A stretch of 64,000 nt of DNA from Epithemia pelagica (lineage: Eukaryota > Protista > Bacillariophyta): NCBI GenBank assembly GCA_946965045.2, contig OX337241.1, positions 1,736,001-1,800,000 on the forward strand, written 5' to 3'. Shown piece by piece: positions 34,898-45,780 of this stretch. The position numbers and the translations under genes were made by a program. Numbering within the stretch: position 1 is the stretch's first letter; each line of letters begins with the position of its first letter. The notes below the pieces were generated by a model, which was not told where the DNA came from, did no database searches, and saw only the letters and a program-made list of their open reading frames with translations.

Positions 34898-35822
34898 ATT
34901 GTTTGGGAAACCTAGTTACTGATCTCGCTTTGGTGCAGGATCGGGTCCTTTCCATTATTCGTGTGCCTCGCAACATGAATATATGAAGATAATGCGGCAC
35001 CATAGCTTGATTCCTTTTGTTGATACATGGAACCAAACACAGTTTTACTACTTTCTATACAACCTTAATAAGCTATATTTAGAAGAAGAACTCTACACTC
35101 TACGTACGAAAAAATGAGATTAGGACTGGGGAGACCCTGAATCCGGGACAACTTTAGATGGCAAGGAAATGTGCCACCGCTTCACACTCGCTCGCTCCGT
35201 CAACATTATACATTATATCCATACTCGGCTGTTACGGACGGTAAGATTTTATTGAGATGTGGAAGTCCTGTCTTGTCAAAGCCCGTTGTGAGTATGCTGT
35301 GGAAGAGGTCAAAAGTCACGGGTAGTCCAACAAACCCTCCAGTCACAAATCCAGGCTCCGCCAACACTCAACTCTCAACTCTCAACTGACATAGACAGAC
35401 GGAGCGCCGCGCTGACCCCCAAACAACAACAACTGTCTGTTGCAAAACTCGCACGCTGCCTGCATAGCCTTCTCATTATTTAGGCCCATCATACGAACTA
35501 TTAAGTATTCTTAATCAAAAAATGGTATCTGGTTTCAACGGATGCCGATTGGACCTCTTCATAAATATTTATATTTAAGCTCAAATGGCCAGGTCCGGTC
35601 ACGTCATATTACTCCTACCACTTCTGTACTGTTTATCTTATAGTTGGATTTCAACCGAAATCCATCGCGGTCGTGCTTCTTGAGGAGAACCAAATTAGTC
35701 AAGATCGATGAAGTGCTCCACAAAATTACCAAACGTTGCTCGATGGATGCGGATAATGATTCCGAGCAGATAAAGTAAACATAGAAGGAAAAAAAGCCCG
35801 ATACCACGGGATCGATGCAACA

Positions 35823-36779
35823 ATGATGAATGGAAATAGGTCTAAGGATAGAAGGGATACTTACCAGTCAACCAAAAAGCCAACTGGAGTCCCTAAGGAA
35901 ATCAGAGTTGTCTTCCGAAGTCGAGATATCAACAGACATGGACCAGCCACTCCATTACCAGAATACAAAGATGACAAAGAGAGCGAGGGAACGACGACAA
36001 CCGTGGAGGAAATTGTCGGATCCGACTCTTTTTCTTCGAATGGGCCATCCAGAGGAATATTGAAATGCAAAACAGTATTGGATTCTTTGGAACGAGATCT
36101 CCTTGTCCCCATGTCCGACTCCTTCACTAAAATACCACCTACATCTCCTTCAAAACGAACAACATCCAAAGGTGTTTCGTTTAGTTTTGTGATCGTACAT
36201 TACCACGCGCTTGTTTTGGCAGACCCTCAGTTTGAGGTGTGTCATGGCCCTCCCGTTGCGTTGGGGCGATGGAAGGAATCCAAAGTATTTGAAGATTTTG
36301 AACAGTACGAAGAAGACCGACAATACACCCCACGACCGGACGAAGACCTTTATATGAGTCCTTCGCTTCGTACAAGGTTACTAATGGAGGAATCTGCAAA
36401 AGTGAACCTAGACCAAGCGATTGAAGATATTTATCGAGGACTACCATTTGATGAACCTCCCTACGATGAGCCTCCAATGGAATACCCTGATCACTGTGGT
36501 TATTCTGTAGAAGACGAATCTAGGGTCGAGCAAAACCATCAAGTGGAGAAGAGTTCGAGTGCAATATCTCGCGAGAAGCAAGAACATGGACACTACAATC
36601 ATGTGATTGCAGATGAATCCTCGTCATCGAACATGGACATGAATCAAGCAATTGAAGATATTTATCGTGGGATACCAGAATCGTCCCAGAGTAAACCGGA
36701 CCCACCAGGATCCAGGTCACCAAAGAAGAAAACCAAGCCACCGAGGAAATGTAGGAGTAGAAAAGTCTCCGCCAGGTAG
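35823..36779 (+). CDS. Hypothetical protein, VHYH motif family (member 3)
   Basis: GVSFSFVIVHYHALVLADP..GPPVALGRW..EQYEEDR..RTRLL. Internal repeat QAIEDIYRG(L/I)P occurs twice. Confidence 0.72.
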   Translation: MMNGNRSKDRRDTYQSTKKPTGVPKEIRVVFRSRDINRHGPATPLPEYKDDKESEGTTTTVEEIVGSDSFSSNGPSRGILKCKTVLDSLERDLLVPMSDSFTKIPPTSPSKRTTSKGVSFSFVIVHYHALVLADPQFEVCHGPPVALGRWKESKVFEDFEQYEEDRQYTPRPDEDLYMSPSLRTRLLMEESAKVNLDQAIEDIYRGLPFDEPPYDEPPMEYPDHCGYSVEDESRVEQNHQVEKSSSAISREKQEHGHYNHVIADESSSSNMDMNQAIEDIYRGIPESSQSKPDPPGSRSPKKKTKPPRKCRSRKVSAR

Positions 36780-36984
36780 CAACGGGAAGGGCTTCTGTAC
36801 ACCGCCTTTTCGTTTCGACATGCTATATCAGCTTCATAGAGTGGCCTCTTGAGGTCCTGTCACCATCTTTAACTGCGGTAGACACATTAGGTCAACCTCT
36901 GTACATTCATTGTTTGTACCATCTCCTTCATGAGTATGCCTGTTCGTGTATACGCCATGGTCTGCTAATTGCTAAGCTCCAGTC

Positions 36985-37191
36985 TTGCCAGTCCTAAACG
37001 AGCGCGACGTGGTGAGGGCGCAAGCCCTGCGCATGACGGACGCGAGGACACGGAACGAGACCGCGCTCCGCCCAAAGACACAAGATCGATCGACAAGGAG
37101 AGTGCTCACAATCTTTGGTTTGCGCAGAGTCTCAAGCCATCACTCGTTGTGACCTGAGAAGCAGGTTCCTAGCTTAGTTGCCTAATCAAAA
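36985..37191 (+). repeat. Split direct repeat A1
   Basis: TTGCCAGTCCTAAACGAGCGCG..GCCTAATCAAAA, repeated at 44876-45082 and 45247-45453. Confidence 0.95.
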
Positions 37192-37207
37192 CATTGAGTT
37201 GCCTACG

Positions 37208-40189
37208 ATGACCTTTAACGAAGATCCGTTTCATCTTCCTCCTTCCTTGAACCGTCGTTCCTCCGGAGTTCCTGGCGGTTTGAACCTCCTTGCGGATGCT
37301 GTTGAGAAATCTTCTGTTCCCGCCGGGAATGGTGACACGGCCTTTGCCAACTCTTCGTCCCCCAATGCTGATCCTCTACCCTCTGACGAAGATGCTGCTT
37401 CCACCTCTTCCCTTCTCGCGTCTCCTCCCAAGAAACGCTCCAAGAAGAAGTCCCGTAGCGGTGGAATCCTCAAGAATCCTCCCGAAGCTCCAACCAAGGT
37501 TAGCCAAGATGACTTGGATGACTCCGGTTCTTATCCCAAGACGCCGGAGAAGAAGAAGAATCTCAACCCTCCCAAGAAGACCGATTCGCCCTTCCCAGTC
37601 GACTCCCCCAAGAAAGCCTCTGTTGCGAAAGACCGTTCGTTCGAAACTCCTCCTCAGTTTTACGCTCGCATGAAGAAGGTTCTTCCCACCAAGACGCACG
37701 ATAAGGTTGAATTGTATTCTCATCCCTTTCCGCTCGACCCCAAGATTCGCGAAGAATTTGACTCCATCGACTGCGACCATTGGTCCGATTCGTTCTGTCG
37801 ACCCTTCCACATTTCCGTTGAATCTGATCTCTCGATTTGGTCGTCTCTTTCATCCAAGTTTGATGCTGTTTCTTCCCTTGATGACCTCCAGTCCTTTTTG
37901 GAGATCCATTCGAAGCGAAACCCCCTCGCCTTTCTCGGTCTTGACCGCAAGAAGAATCCCGTTGTACTCCACAACATGTTTGTTTCTCCGGACTCGGGTT
38001 CTGTCCTCGCTCCTGATCCCGTCTTTCTTTGCTTCACTAAAGACTCGTTTGATGTTCCTCCTGGAACATTTGATCCGGAAGAACTTGATTTGATCCTCAA
38101 GAACCAGGAATATATGCGTATCCCTACCCTTGATGAAATCGTTGCTGCTTGTTTGGTGGATGATCCCCATGCGATCTCGGGTCTTTCTCTCAGTTCCGCG
38201 AAGTTCGATGAGTTTGCTCCCTACATTTCCTACCCAGATAATGCCTCGGAGAAAGACGAAGACATTCGCTTTCGCAAAGACCATCTTTTGGATTGCAAAA
38301 GCCTTATGCTTCTCCCCCCCTCCATCTCAGGTGATCTCATTCGGTTCTTAGACCCCGTCTACCGAAACCACAAGACTGACTCTTCCGAAGCCCCCAAGTC
38401 CCCCATTAGCATTCCTCTGATTGTTGAGTTCATCTTCTCTCGGATCCTTTTGCGCTGGCGCCGATCTTTCGAGTACCCCTCCACTTGTCCCTCTTCCAAG
38501 AAGTTCTCAACGAAGGACCCTCATTGTACCTGATTCGCCGATCTTATTCGTTTCCTTTGGGGAGTCCATAGAGGAAAGATCATTGTCGATGATATCTTTC
38601 TGGACCACCCTTCCAATTATGGCTCAGCTATGAAAGCGGTTGAATTTTACTTCAAGACATCGTTGCCCGACCGCTCCTCCCCCATGTATGCCACTCGTCG
38701 CGGACCTCGCCCCCCAGCTTCTGAACGCTCAGGAAACTTGTCCCCCTCCAAGACTCGTCGTCCCGTAGAGATCAATGAAGAAGCGAGCTCGCAGGTTGAG
38801 TGTCGCGATTCTTCCAACAAATCTTTGATTTCCGATGAAGTCCTCTACTTGACATCCCAGATGACAAAATCTATGGCGGACCAAATTTCTCGTTCGATGT
38901 CGGACCAACGTGACCAACTTTCCCAAGCAATTGTGCAGCAAAGCGACATCTTGAAATCCCAAGAAGACCGCAATGATCACTTTAAGTCATTTACGATGGA
39001 CACGAGAAACGCCATCATTTTTGGTCAAGTCGGACCACATAGTACTTGCCTTCCCACTGTTCCATCGGAGAAGGCCAAGGAAATATTCAAGCAAAAGAAC
39101 ACCCACAACCTTTATACGACGATCCACTCGCAAGTTTTTCGTCGTTCGGACAATACCTGTTTCCTTATTTTCGGCCAAGTTGGTGTCATCCAGAAGTACG
39201 GTCTTCGCTGGCGCTCCGATGAGCACCCAGGTGGCTTTTCTCCCTTTTCCTTTGACCCGAATAACTATTCGGGCGCTGCGAATAATCAAGCTATTGACCA
39301 CGACATTCACCAAGAAATTTTTGAATCGTCACTGCGACATTCAAACGGACTGTCGACTAAGGACATGAAAGATATCTTCGCCGATGATAAGTTGTTCTTC
39401 CCCTTATCACTCGACCATTACGGAACTCAGTTGCGAAGCTATCTTTGTCTCGCAGAGGCGATTTGGGGACCCAATTCCTTCATTGTCATGAACATACAGA
39501 AGATGTATGATCACCTTCTTCGACACCGACGAACTTACATCGCCAACCAAGCCGATGATAACACATTCTTCTCTTGCCTGTTATTCTCCCTGGATAACGC
39601 TGTACAGAACTTCATCGCCGATAACCTCGAAGACGCTTCCTGTTTGGAAGACATTTCGGGAGATGCCTTAGACTTCCACACAAACAAATTGTGTAATAAA
39701 GTCATCAGCAAAGAAGACATTTGCCGCATGCCCCGCTTTCTCATGTCCGCTGTCCAAACGAAATACCGGAATGAGAACAACCCCAATCATCGTTCCTCGA
39801 ATTCTCAGAAGAAGCATGATCCGACAAAAAATCCTGGCCCTCCCCCTGGCCCACTTCGAGCAAAACGCGGCCGCGACCATGATGCAAAAACCGACCCGAA
39901 CCTTCCCCCTCCAGCACGTCCGACTTTCGACTTCCCTTCGAACTGGAGACTTCCGAACGATACCAAATATGGGAACGCATTTCCGCGCTCTGTTCTTAAC
40001 GATGTCCCATCGATCACCACCGACGGATCGACAAAACAATTTTGCGTGAAATTCTTCGCTCTCCAGATCTGCCGCAGCGGAGAAAAATGTTATTTCAGTC
40101 ATGCTGATCCTTCGAAACACGGCAAAACCGATGCCCTCGACAACTTCTTCCAGAACGCCTACAACCGCGCACGCAAGGGGGACTCCTGA
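37208..40189 (+). CDS. Gag-like ORF1 of YR retrotransposon (one internal TGA at 38531-38533; C-terminal CCCH zinc finger)
   Basis: Track ORFs 37178-38533 and 38630-40189 are in the same frame, with 32 sense codons between the TGA and the next ATG. C-terminal CVKFFALQICRSGEKCYFSH is C-x8-C-x5-C-x3-H. Confidence 0.7.
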
Positions 40190-43100
40190 CTGATTGTTGG
40201 GTCATCGTGTAGCCTCGTACCTCCTCCCATCCCTCCTCCTCGTTTGTCCAGAACTCCAAACCTCAAGACGTCCCCAAACGATGACCCTCACGCTTCCTCT
40301 CAAATTCCCAAAGATCCCTCCGACCTCTTCCTAGCATCCTTCCCCAAGACTCCACTCCCTCAACCGATGTTTAATCCGTTGTCAAGTTCCTCCTTCCTCA
40401 TCCCACCCACGAACCTCCCCGATCTAGCCCTCGATCCGGTCAAGCCTTCATCCAAAAATCCCTTCCTTTCCCTCTCCCATACTTCGAACGTTGATATACC
40501 TTCGAAACCAAAATCCATTACCTTCTCCGATGCCTTCGACCTCTTTCCTTTTGACCCCTCCCTTCCTCCTATCGAACGCATTCTACCATCCGACGAAACA
40601 GATCAATCCATAGTCCGACCGATCCAGATTCCCAATCCTACCCTCCCCAACCTTCTCCCTCAGAATAAGTTGATTATGTCTTCCATCCACCAAGCCGCAG
40701 TCGAATCGAGCCGCCCTCCTTCTATCCTCAAGTCCGATCCCACTACCTCTCCGATCGAACAATCTCCAGTTGGTCCTCCACTACCGGGTTATTCCACTCC
40801 GAACATCACCTCAAACACCAGTGGTAAACCCCTAGAGAGGAACCTCGACCGGCTTCGTACCAACCTTCTCGAAAATCAACAAATTCTTGGTAAGTCCCCA
40901 GATTGTAACGTCAATCGCCCATACCTCCCAAATCGAGTCAGCGAACTGTTCCCAGTACGGATTTCGATTCCTCCCCTACCTCCTCCGACACACCCATTGA
41001 ACCTTCAAACTATCCTCGACATCTTCCATTCCTCAACACCGACACCAAAAGCATTTCCCTTTGTTCACGAACGCTCCGCCCAAGCGGCCAAGTTCAACTC
41101 CAACCTCATCGCCACCTTCGACTATGATCTCAAGAAGACGTTCGACGCCTTCCCGGGCACGACCATCAGCCCGGGCTCTGAATTCCGACCAGTTCCCATC
41201 CTCCGCCCACTCCTCCAAGGCCACCCATTCTGGCCCAAAATCGAGCACGATCTGACCGAAGGAGCAACATACACGTTTAAACGACCACACATAGAAGACT
41301 TCGACCGTACCGCAGAGAATGAAGCGCTGATAGAATACGGTAACCACAGCTCCGCCAAGAAACGACCAAAGGCACTAATCAAGGTGAGCCAAAAAGACAC
41401 CGACCACGGATGGGCCTTCCCCATCACCTTTGATTGCGCTCGAAAACTCAAAGGCGGATGGTTCGGGCCCCTTGGTGTAGCTCAACATCATGGTATCACC
41501 GAGACTGGCGACATTGTCCTGAAGGACCGACTCGCCCACGATCAAACCTTCTCGACGGGTATCGCCCCATCCCTCAACTTGGCCGTCGACGACAGCAACG
41601 ACATCGAGTTAGTCTATGGCTGGTGCATTGAGAGATTGATGCACCAGATTGTCGCCCTCCGAATCGAATTACCACAAACGAGGATACTCATTTGTAAATT
41701 TGATTGGGGCGCAGCCTATCGTCGCATCAACGGCGACGGAACCTTAGCCGCCAACGCTCTGACGACGGACGCCTCCGGAGAATTCGCAAACGTGCTGAGT
41801 CGCCTCTCCTTCGGAGGCAAAACACACCCCGCAATGTTCTCCCTCTTCTCGGAGACAGCATGCGATTTGTGCAACGATCTGACGGAGTTTGAGGAATGGG
41901 ACCATACGGTCTGCATCTCCCCACTACAACGACTGATGGGAGACCCAGTTCGACTCCCAGACGAAATCCCCTTCGCCCCCGGACTTCCACTCATCGTAGA
42001 CGTCCCACCCAAGCCCGATGGCTCAACCGACGTGTATCTAGACGATATGATACAGCTGTTTGCCGACATGGACGACATTGTCCCACGCGCGTCCGCCATT
42101 GTTCCCCTCGTTCTGCACCTTTTGGTCCGACCGAACCAACCCGACGAAGAACCAATATTGCGGACTGATATCCTCGCAGAAGACAAGATGAAGGCCGAAG
42201 GAAGTCCCAGCGAGATCATGCGCGTATTGGGTTGGGAATTCGACACCCGACGCATGTTGATTCGCCTTCCCGACGAAAAATTCCTCAATTGGAGCAAAAA
42301 TGTGAAACACCTGGCTGACCCCAAAACCAAACGTACGTCATTCCAAGAGCTCGAATCTACGGTGGGGAAACTGCTTCATGCAAGCAAAGGCATCCCACTC
42401 GCCCGCTATTTCCTTCAACGGATCCGCACATACGTCACCAACTTGATTCGAGACTTTAACAAGAAACCAGACAGACCCCCACCGACTTCTTCAGACGAAT
42501 CGTCGGTAGACTCCCATACCCCATCCGACGACGACTCCACAGGGTCCGCGAGCAGTTCCAACTCCAGGGGACGGCGGCCCAAACCATGGTACCGATACCA
42601 CATTCCCCAGTACGTAAAAGAAGACTTGACCGTCTGGGTCGACCTACTCAAACGCGCCAACGATGGCGTTAGCTTCAATCTCCTCACCTGCCGGATCCCC
42701 ACAAACATACTTCTGGCCGACGCCTGCCCACTCGGCATGGGCGGATACTCAATCAAGTCCGGCACGGCCTGGCAACTCGAGCTCGACCCCGAAGTATACG
42801 AAATGGCCGGCGATCCATCAGACCTCCAAATCGATCAAACCCTGGCTGCATCCCCCAACTTAAAATTGTCGAACAATCTCTTTGAATACATCGCCCAAGT
42901 CGTAACGATATGGCTCGAGTGCCTCCATGACGACGTTGAAGACCTCGGCTCAGTGCTTTGCCTTTCGGACAACAGCTCAGCCATTGGCTGGATCCACCGT
43001 GCGTCGTTCGCAGCGGACCAACCACTACACCGACGAGTTTCGGAAAAACTCGTAAACCTCACCCTCTCCCACCGATTTTCGATCCACGCCGAACATGTAC

Positions 43101-43966
43101 CCGGCAAGAAAAACGTAGTCTCCGACTACCTGTCTCGTAAATTCGACCTCTCACCCCCTGATCTCACTGCCTCCATTCACAACCTCTTCCCCTCACAGAT
43201 ACCGAAGAATTTTCAAGTCTCCCCCTTACCACAAGAAATAAAATGCTGGATCTCCTCGGTCGCGCCGCCGCGACAAGGATCTTCTTCGGAAAAGTGGAAT
43301 CTTCACTCGAGGCAAGCGACCGAACCTGGCGGAGATGGCTCGGACACTTGCGACTCCTCAACATGGACGACGACCCCTTTTTGGACAAAATCACGTCCAT
43401 TCAAGGACGTCTCACCGTCGTCGCTACCTTCCTCCAGCGACTCCAGGACGGCGACTTCAACCGACGAACGTGCATCGGACCGCTTCGTGCAACAACTATT
43501 GACAAGGCCATTGGCAAGCTGGCGGCGACTTTCTGGCGTCACAACCGGCAGAGCCCCGCCCACCTCCAAGGTTGCAACACCTACCACCCTTTTCTCGCCT
43601 CGCTCAAGAAAGGGTGGAAGAACCTCGACCCACCCGAGCACCGACAGAAGGCAATCACCCCCTCGCATCTTCGCCACCTTTGGAAGAAAGCCTGTGAGAC
43701 GAAAAGCTCCTCCCACCCCACCCCGACGACGCAATCGAAACTCGGCGACAACGACAAGCCCACCACCACACGGCACAACCAGACCACAACACCGAGATAC
43801 GAGACGTCCTCCTTCACCGCCTGCAATGCCGACCTCCTCGGCGGCGGCTACTTCTTCGCGTGCAGGAGCTGTGAAAATTCAACAGTCAAACAGCGAGGAA
43901 AAACAAAACTCCTCACAATCGCCAACATCACCTTCGGGCGCTGCGATAAGACACGATCGAAGATAG
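40190..43966 (+). CDS. Reverse transcriptase / RNase H ORF of YR retrotransposon
   Basis: ICKFDWGAAYRRI, RLSFGG..P, VYLDD, VLGWEFDT; RNase H ADAC..GMGGY, NNLFEY, LSDNSSAIGW, HVPGKKNVVSDYLSR. The open frame begins right after the TGA at 40187-40189; the true start is unknown. Confidence 0.9.
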   Translation: MIVGSSCSLVPPPIPPPRLSRTPNLKTSPNDDPHASSQIPKDPSDLFLASFPKTPLPQPMFNPLSSSSFLIPPTNLPDLALDPVKPSSKNPFLSLSHTSNVDIPSKPKSITFSDAFDLFPFDPSLPPIERILPSDETDQSIVRPIQIPNPTLPNLLPQNKLIMSSIHQAAVESSRPPSILKSDPTTSPIEQSPVGPPLPGYSTPNITSNTSGKPLERNLDRLRTNLLENQQILGKSPDCNVNRPYLPNRVSELFPVRISIPPLPPPTHPLNLQTILDIFHSSTPTPKAFPFVHERSAQAAKFNSNLIATFDYDLKKTFDAFPGTTISPGSEFRPVPILRPLLQGHPFWPKIEHDLTEGATYTFKRPHIEDFDRTAENEALIEYGNHSSAKKRPKALIKVSQKDTDHGWAFPITFDCARKLKGGWFGPLGVAQHHGITETGDIVLKDRLAHDQTFSTGIAPSLNLAVDDSNDIELVYGWCIERLMHQIVALRIELPQTRILICKFDWGAAYRRINGDGTLAANALTTDASGEFANVLSRLSFGGKTHPAMFSLFSETACDLCNDLTEFEEWDHTVCISPLQRLMGDPVRLPDEIPFAPGLPLIVDVPPKPDGSTDVYLDDMIQLFADMDDIVPRASAIVPLVLHLLVRPNQPDEEPILRTDILAEDKMKAEGSPSEIMRVLGWEFDTRRMLIRLPDEKFLNWSKNVKHLADPKTKRTSFQELESTVGKLLHASKGIPLARYFLQRIRTYVTNLIRDFNKKPDRPPPTSSDESSVDSHTPSDDDSTGSASSSNSRGRRPKPWYRYHIPQYVKEDLTVWVDLLKRANDGVSFNLLTCRIPTNILLADACPLGMGGYSIKSGTAWQLELDPEVYEMAGDPSDLQIDQTLAASPNLKLSNNLFEYIAQVVTIWLECLHDDVEDLGSVLCLSDNSSAIGWIHRASFAADQPLHRRVSEKLVNLTLSHRFSIHAEHVPGKKNVVSDYLSRKFDLSPPDLTASIHNLFPSQIPKNFQVSPLPQEIKCWISSVAPPRQGSSSEKWNLHSRQATEPGGDGSDTCDSSTWTTTPFWTKSRPFKDVSPSSLPSSSDSRTATSTDERASDRFVQQLLTRPLASWRRLSGVTTGRAPPTSKVATPTTLFSPRSRKGGRTSTHPSTDRRQSPPRIFATFGRKPVRRKAPPTPPRRRNRNSATTTSPPPHGTTRPQHRDTRRPPSPPAMPTSSAAATSSRAGAVKIQQSNSEEKQNSSQSPTSPSGAAIRHDRR

Positions 43967-44672
43967 ACGTCTGCGACGAAAACTTCTACTCCGAAGCACA
44001 TTACGTCTCGATCACCTTCATCAGCCAAAAACATGACCTCCCACACGAAACCAGGACGCAAAGCAAGACAACCGATCCAATCCTGTGCCCGGTAAAAATT
44101 TGGGGCCGAATCTTACGACGAATATACCACCACCGTCCTGACGCACCCCCAGACACACCGGTGAATTGCTGGTTTCCTCCTTCCACACCAACCAACCCAC
44201 ACCCTTCTCCACGATTCATCCGCGCCGAAGACAGCTTAAAATTGCTCCGCGAGACTTGCGTCGACCCAGTATCGAACAACCACTCTTCGGGTACCAACCT
44301 CGAGACATCGGCACCCACTCAATAAGATCGGGAGCCGCAATGGCCTTGTTCCTCTCGCCGGGCATCTCCGTCCTCCGCATCATGATCCTGGGACGCTGGC
44401 AGTCCGCCGCCTTTATGCGCTACATACGACCACAGGTCATGGAATGGACGGCGGGCATGTCGGTGGCAATGCTCAACACACCAGACTTCAAGCACGCAGA
44501 CCCAACTGGCGTCCCCGACGACCCCAATAACCCAACATCCCAGCTCAGCTTCGCAGACATCGAGACCATCCAACAAAACATGGAACATGCAATAGATTCT
44601 CCCGAAGAGATAACCTTCAATGGCTCTGTGCGAACTGACTCCTTCGACCGACAACTGAACCTAAGATTCTAA
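43243..44672 (+). pseudogene. Tyrosine recombinase (integrase) of YR retrotransposon, frameshifted near 44260
   Basis: GYFFACRSCE (catalytic Arg) in ORF 43243-44325. GTHSIRSGAA (HxxR) and ILGRWQSAAFMRYIR (catalytic Tyr) in ORF 44166-44672, a different frame. Confidence 0.88.
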
Positions 44673-44729
44673 GATCCAAGATTGACAGCCGAATTCCAAG
44701 TCAGTCGCTCTTCTTCATGTTCAATGGTG

Positions 44730-45617
44730 TTGGGAGCCATCTCGGTTTCCCTCTGGGCCTTTACGGCAACTTGCTCTCTCCCTCTAGCAAGTTCCTCTAG
44801 CTCGACAACAAACCTAGAGGCCGCATCTCAGGAACATAGCGTCGTCAGGATGGGTTCGTTGGGTTCTACCCATCGTTGCCAGTCCTAAACGAGCGCGACG
44901 TGGTGAGGGCGCAAGCCCTGCGCATGACGGACGCGAGGACACGGAACGAGACCGCGCTCCGCCCAAAGACACAAGATCGATCGACAAGGAGAGTGCTCAC
45001 AATCTTTGGTTTGCGCAGAGTCTCAAGCCATCACTCGTTGTGACCTGAGAAGCAGGTTCCTAGCTTAGTTGCCTAATCAAAAATAACCCCATACCCGCCC
45101 TTGGGAGCCATCTCGGTTTCCCTCTGGGCCTTTACGGCAACTTGCTCTCTCCCTCTAGCAAGTTCCTCTAGCTCGACAACAAACCTAGAGGCCGCATCTC
45201 AGGAACATAGCGTCGTCAGGATGGGTTCGTTGGGTTCTACCCATCGTTGCCAGTCCTAAACGAGCGCGACGTGGTGAGGGCGCAAGCCCTGCGCATGACG
45301 GACGCGAGGACACGGAACGAGACCGCGCTCCGCCCAAAGACACAAGATCGATCGACAAGGAGAGTGCTCACAATCTTTGGTTTGCGCAGAGTCTCAAGCC
45401 ATCACTCGTTGTGACCTGAGAAGCAGGTTCCTAGCTTAGTTGCCTAATCAAAAATAACCCCATACCCGCCCTTGGGAGCCATCTCGGTTTCCCTCTGGGC
45501 CTTTACGGCAACTTGCTCTCTCCCTCTAGCAAGTTCCTCTAGCTCGACAACAAACCTAGAGGCCGCATCTCAGGAACATAGCGTCGTCAGGATGGGTTCG
45601 TTGGGTTCTACCCATCG
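44730..45617 (+). repeat. Right terminus: B1 44730-44875, A2 44876-45082, L, B2 45101-45246, A3 45247-45453, L, B3 45472-45617 (371-bp period)
   Basis: Direct comparison by eye; the copies appear identical. Confidence 0.95.
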
Positions 45618-45780
45618 CATCCTTGCGAGTGCGACTGACGTCCGCCAAGGCCCATAAAAAGTTCTTGGGGTCTGCGCCATGCGCGATTTTTGTCGCTGCA
45701 AGATCTGTTGTTTAGGTAGACTTGTCAGAGGGCCAAACGAGACTTGAGTTGCTATTCCCTAGAGGTAGATATGTTCCAGC

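Larger units (their letters stand above)
36985..45617 (+). mobile_element. Tyrosine-recombinase retrotransposon (Ngaro/DIRS-type) with split direct repeats
   Basis: Structure A1-gag-RT/RH-YR-B1-A2-L-B2-A3-L-B3, where A is 207 bp, B is 146 bp and L is 18 bp. No TSD, as expected for YR integration. RT/RH and YR ORFs overlap. Confidence 0.93.

Noticed and set aside
44730-45617. Regular repeats resembling a CRISPR array or satellite
   Set aside because: Units are 146-371 bp, there are no unique spacers, and repeat A recurs at the element's left end; explained as split direct repeats of a YR retrotransposon.
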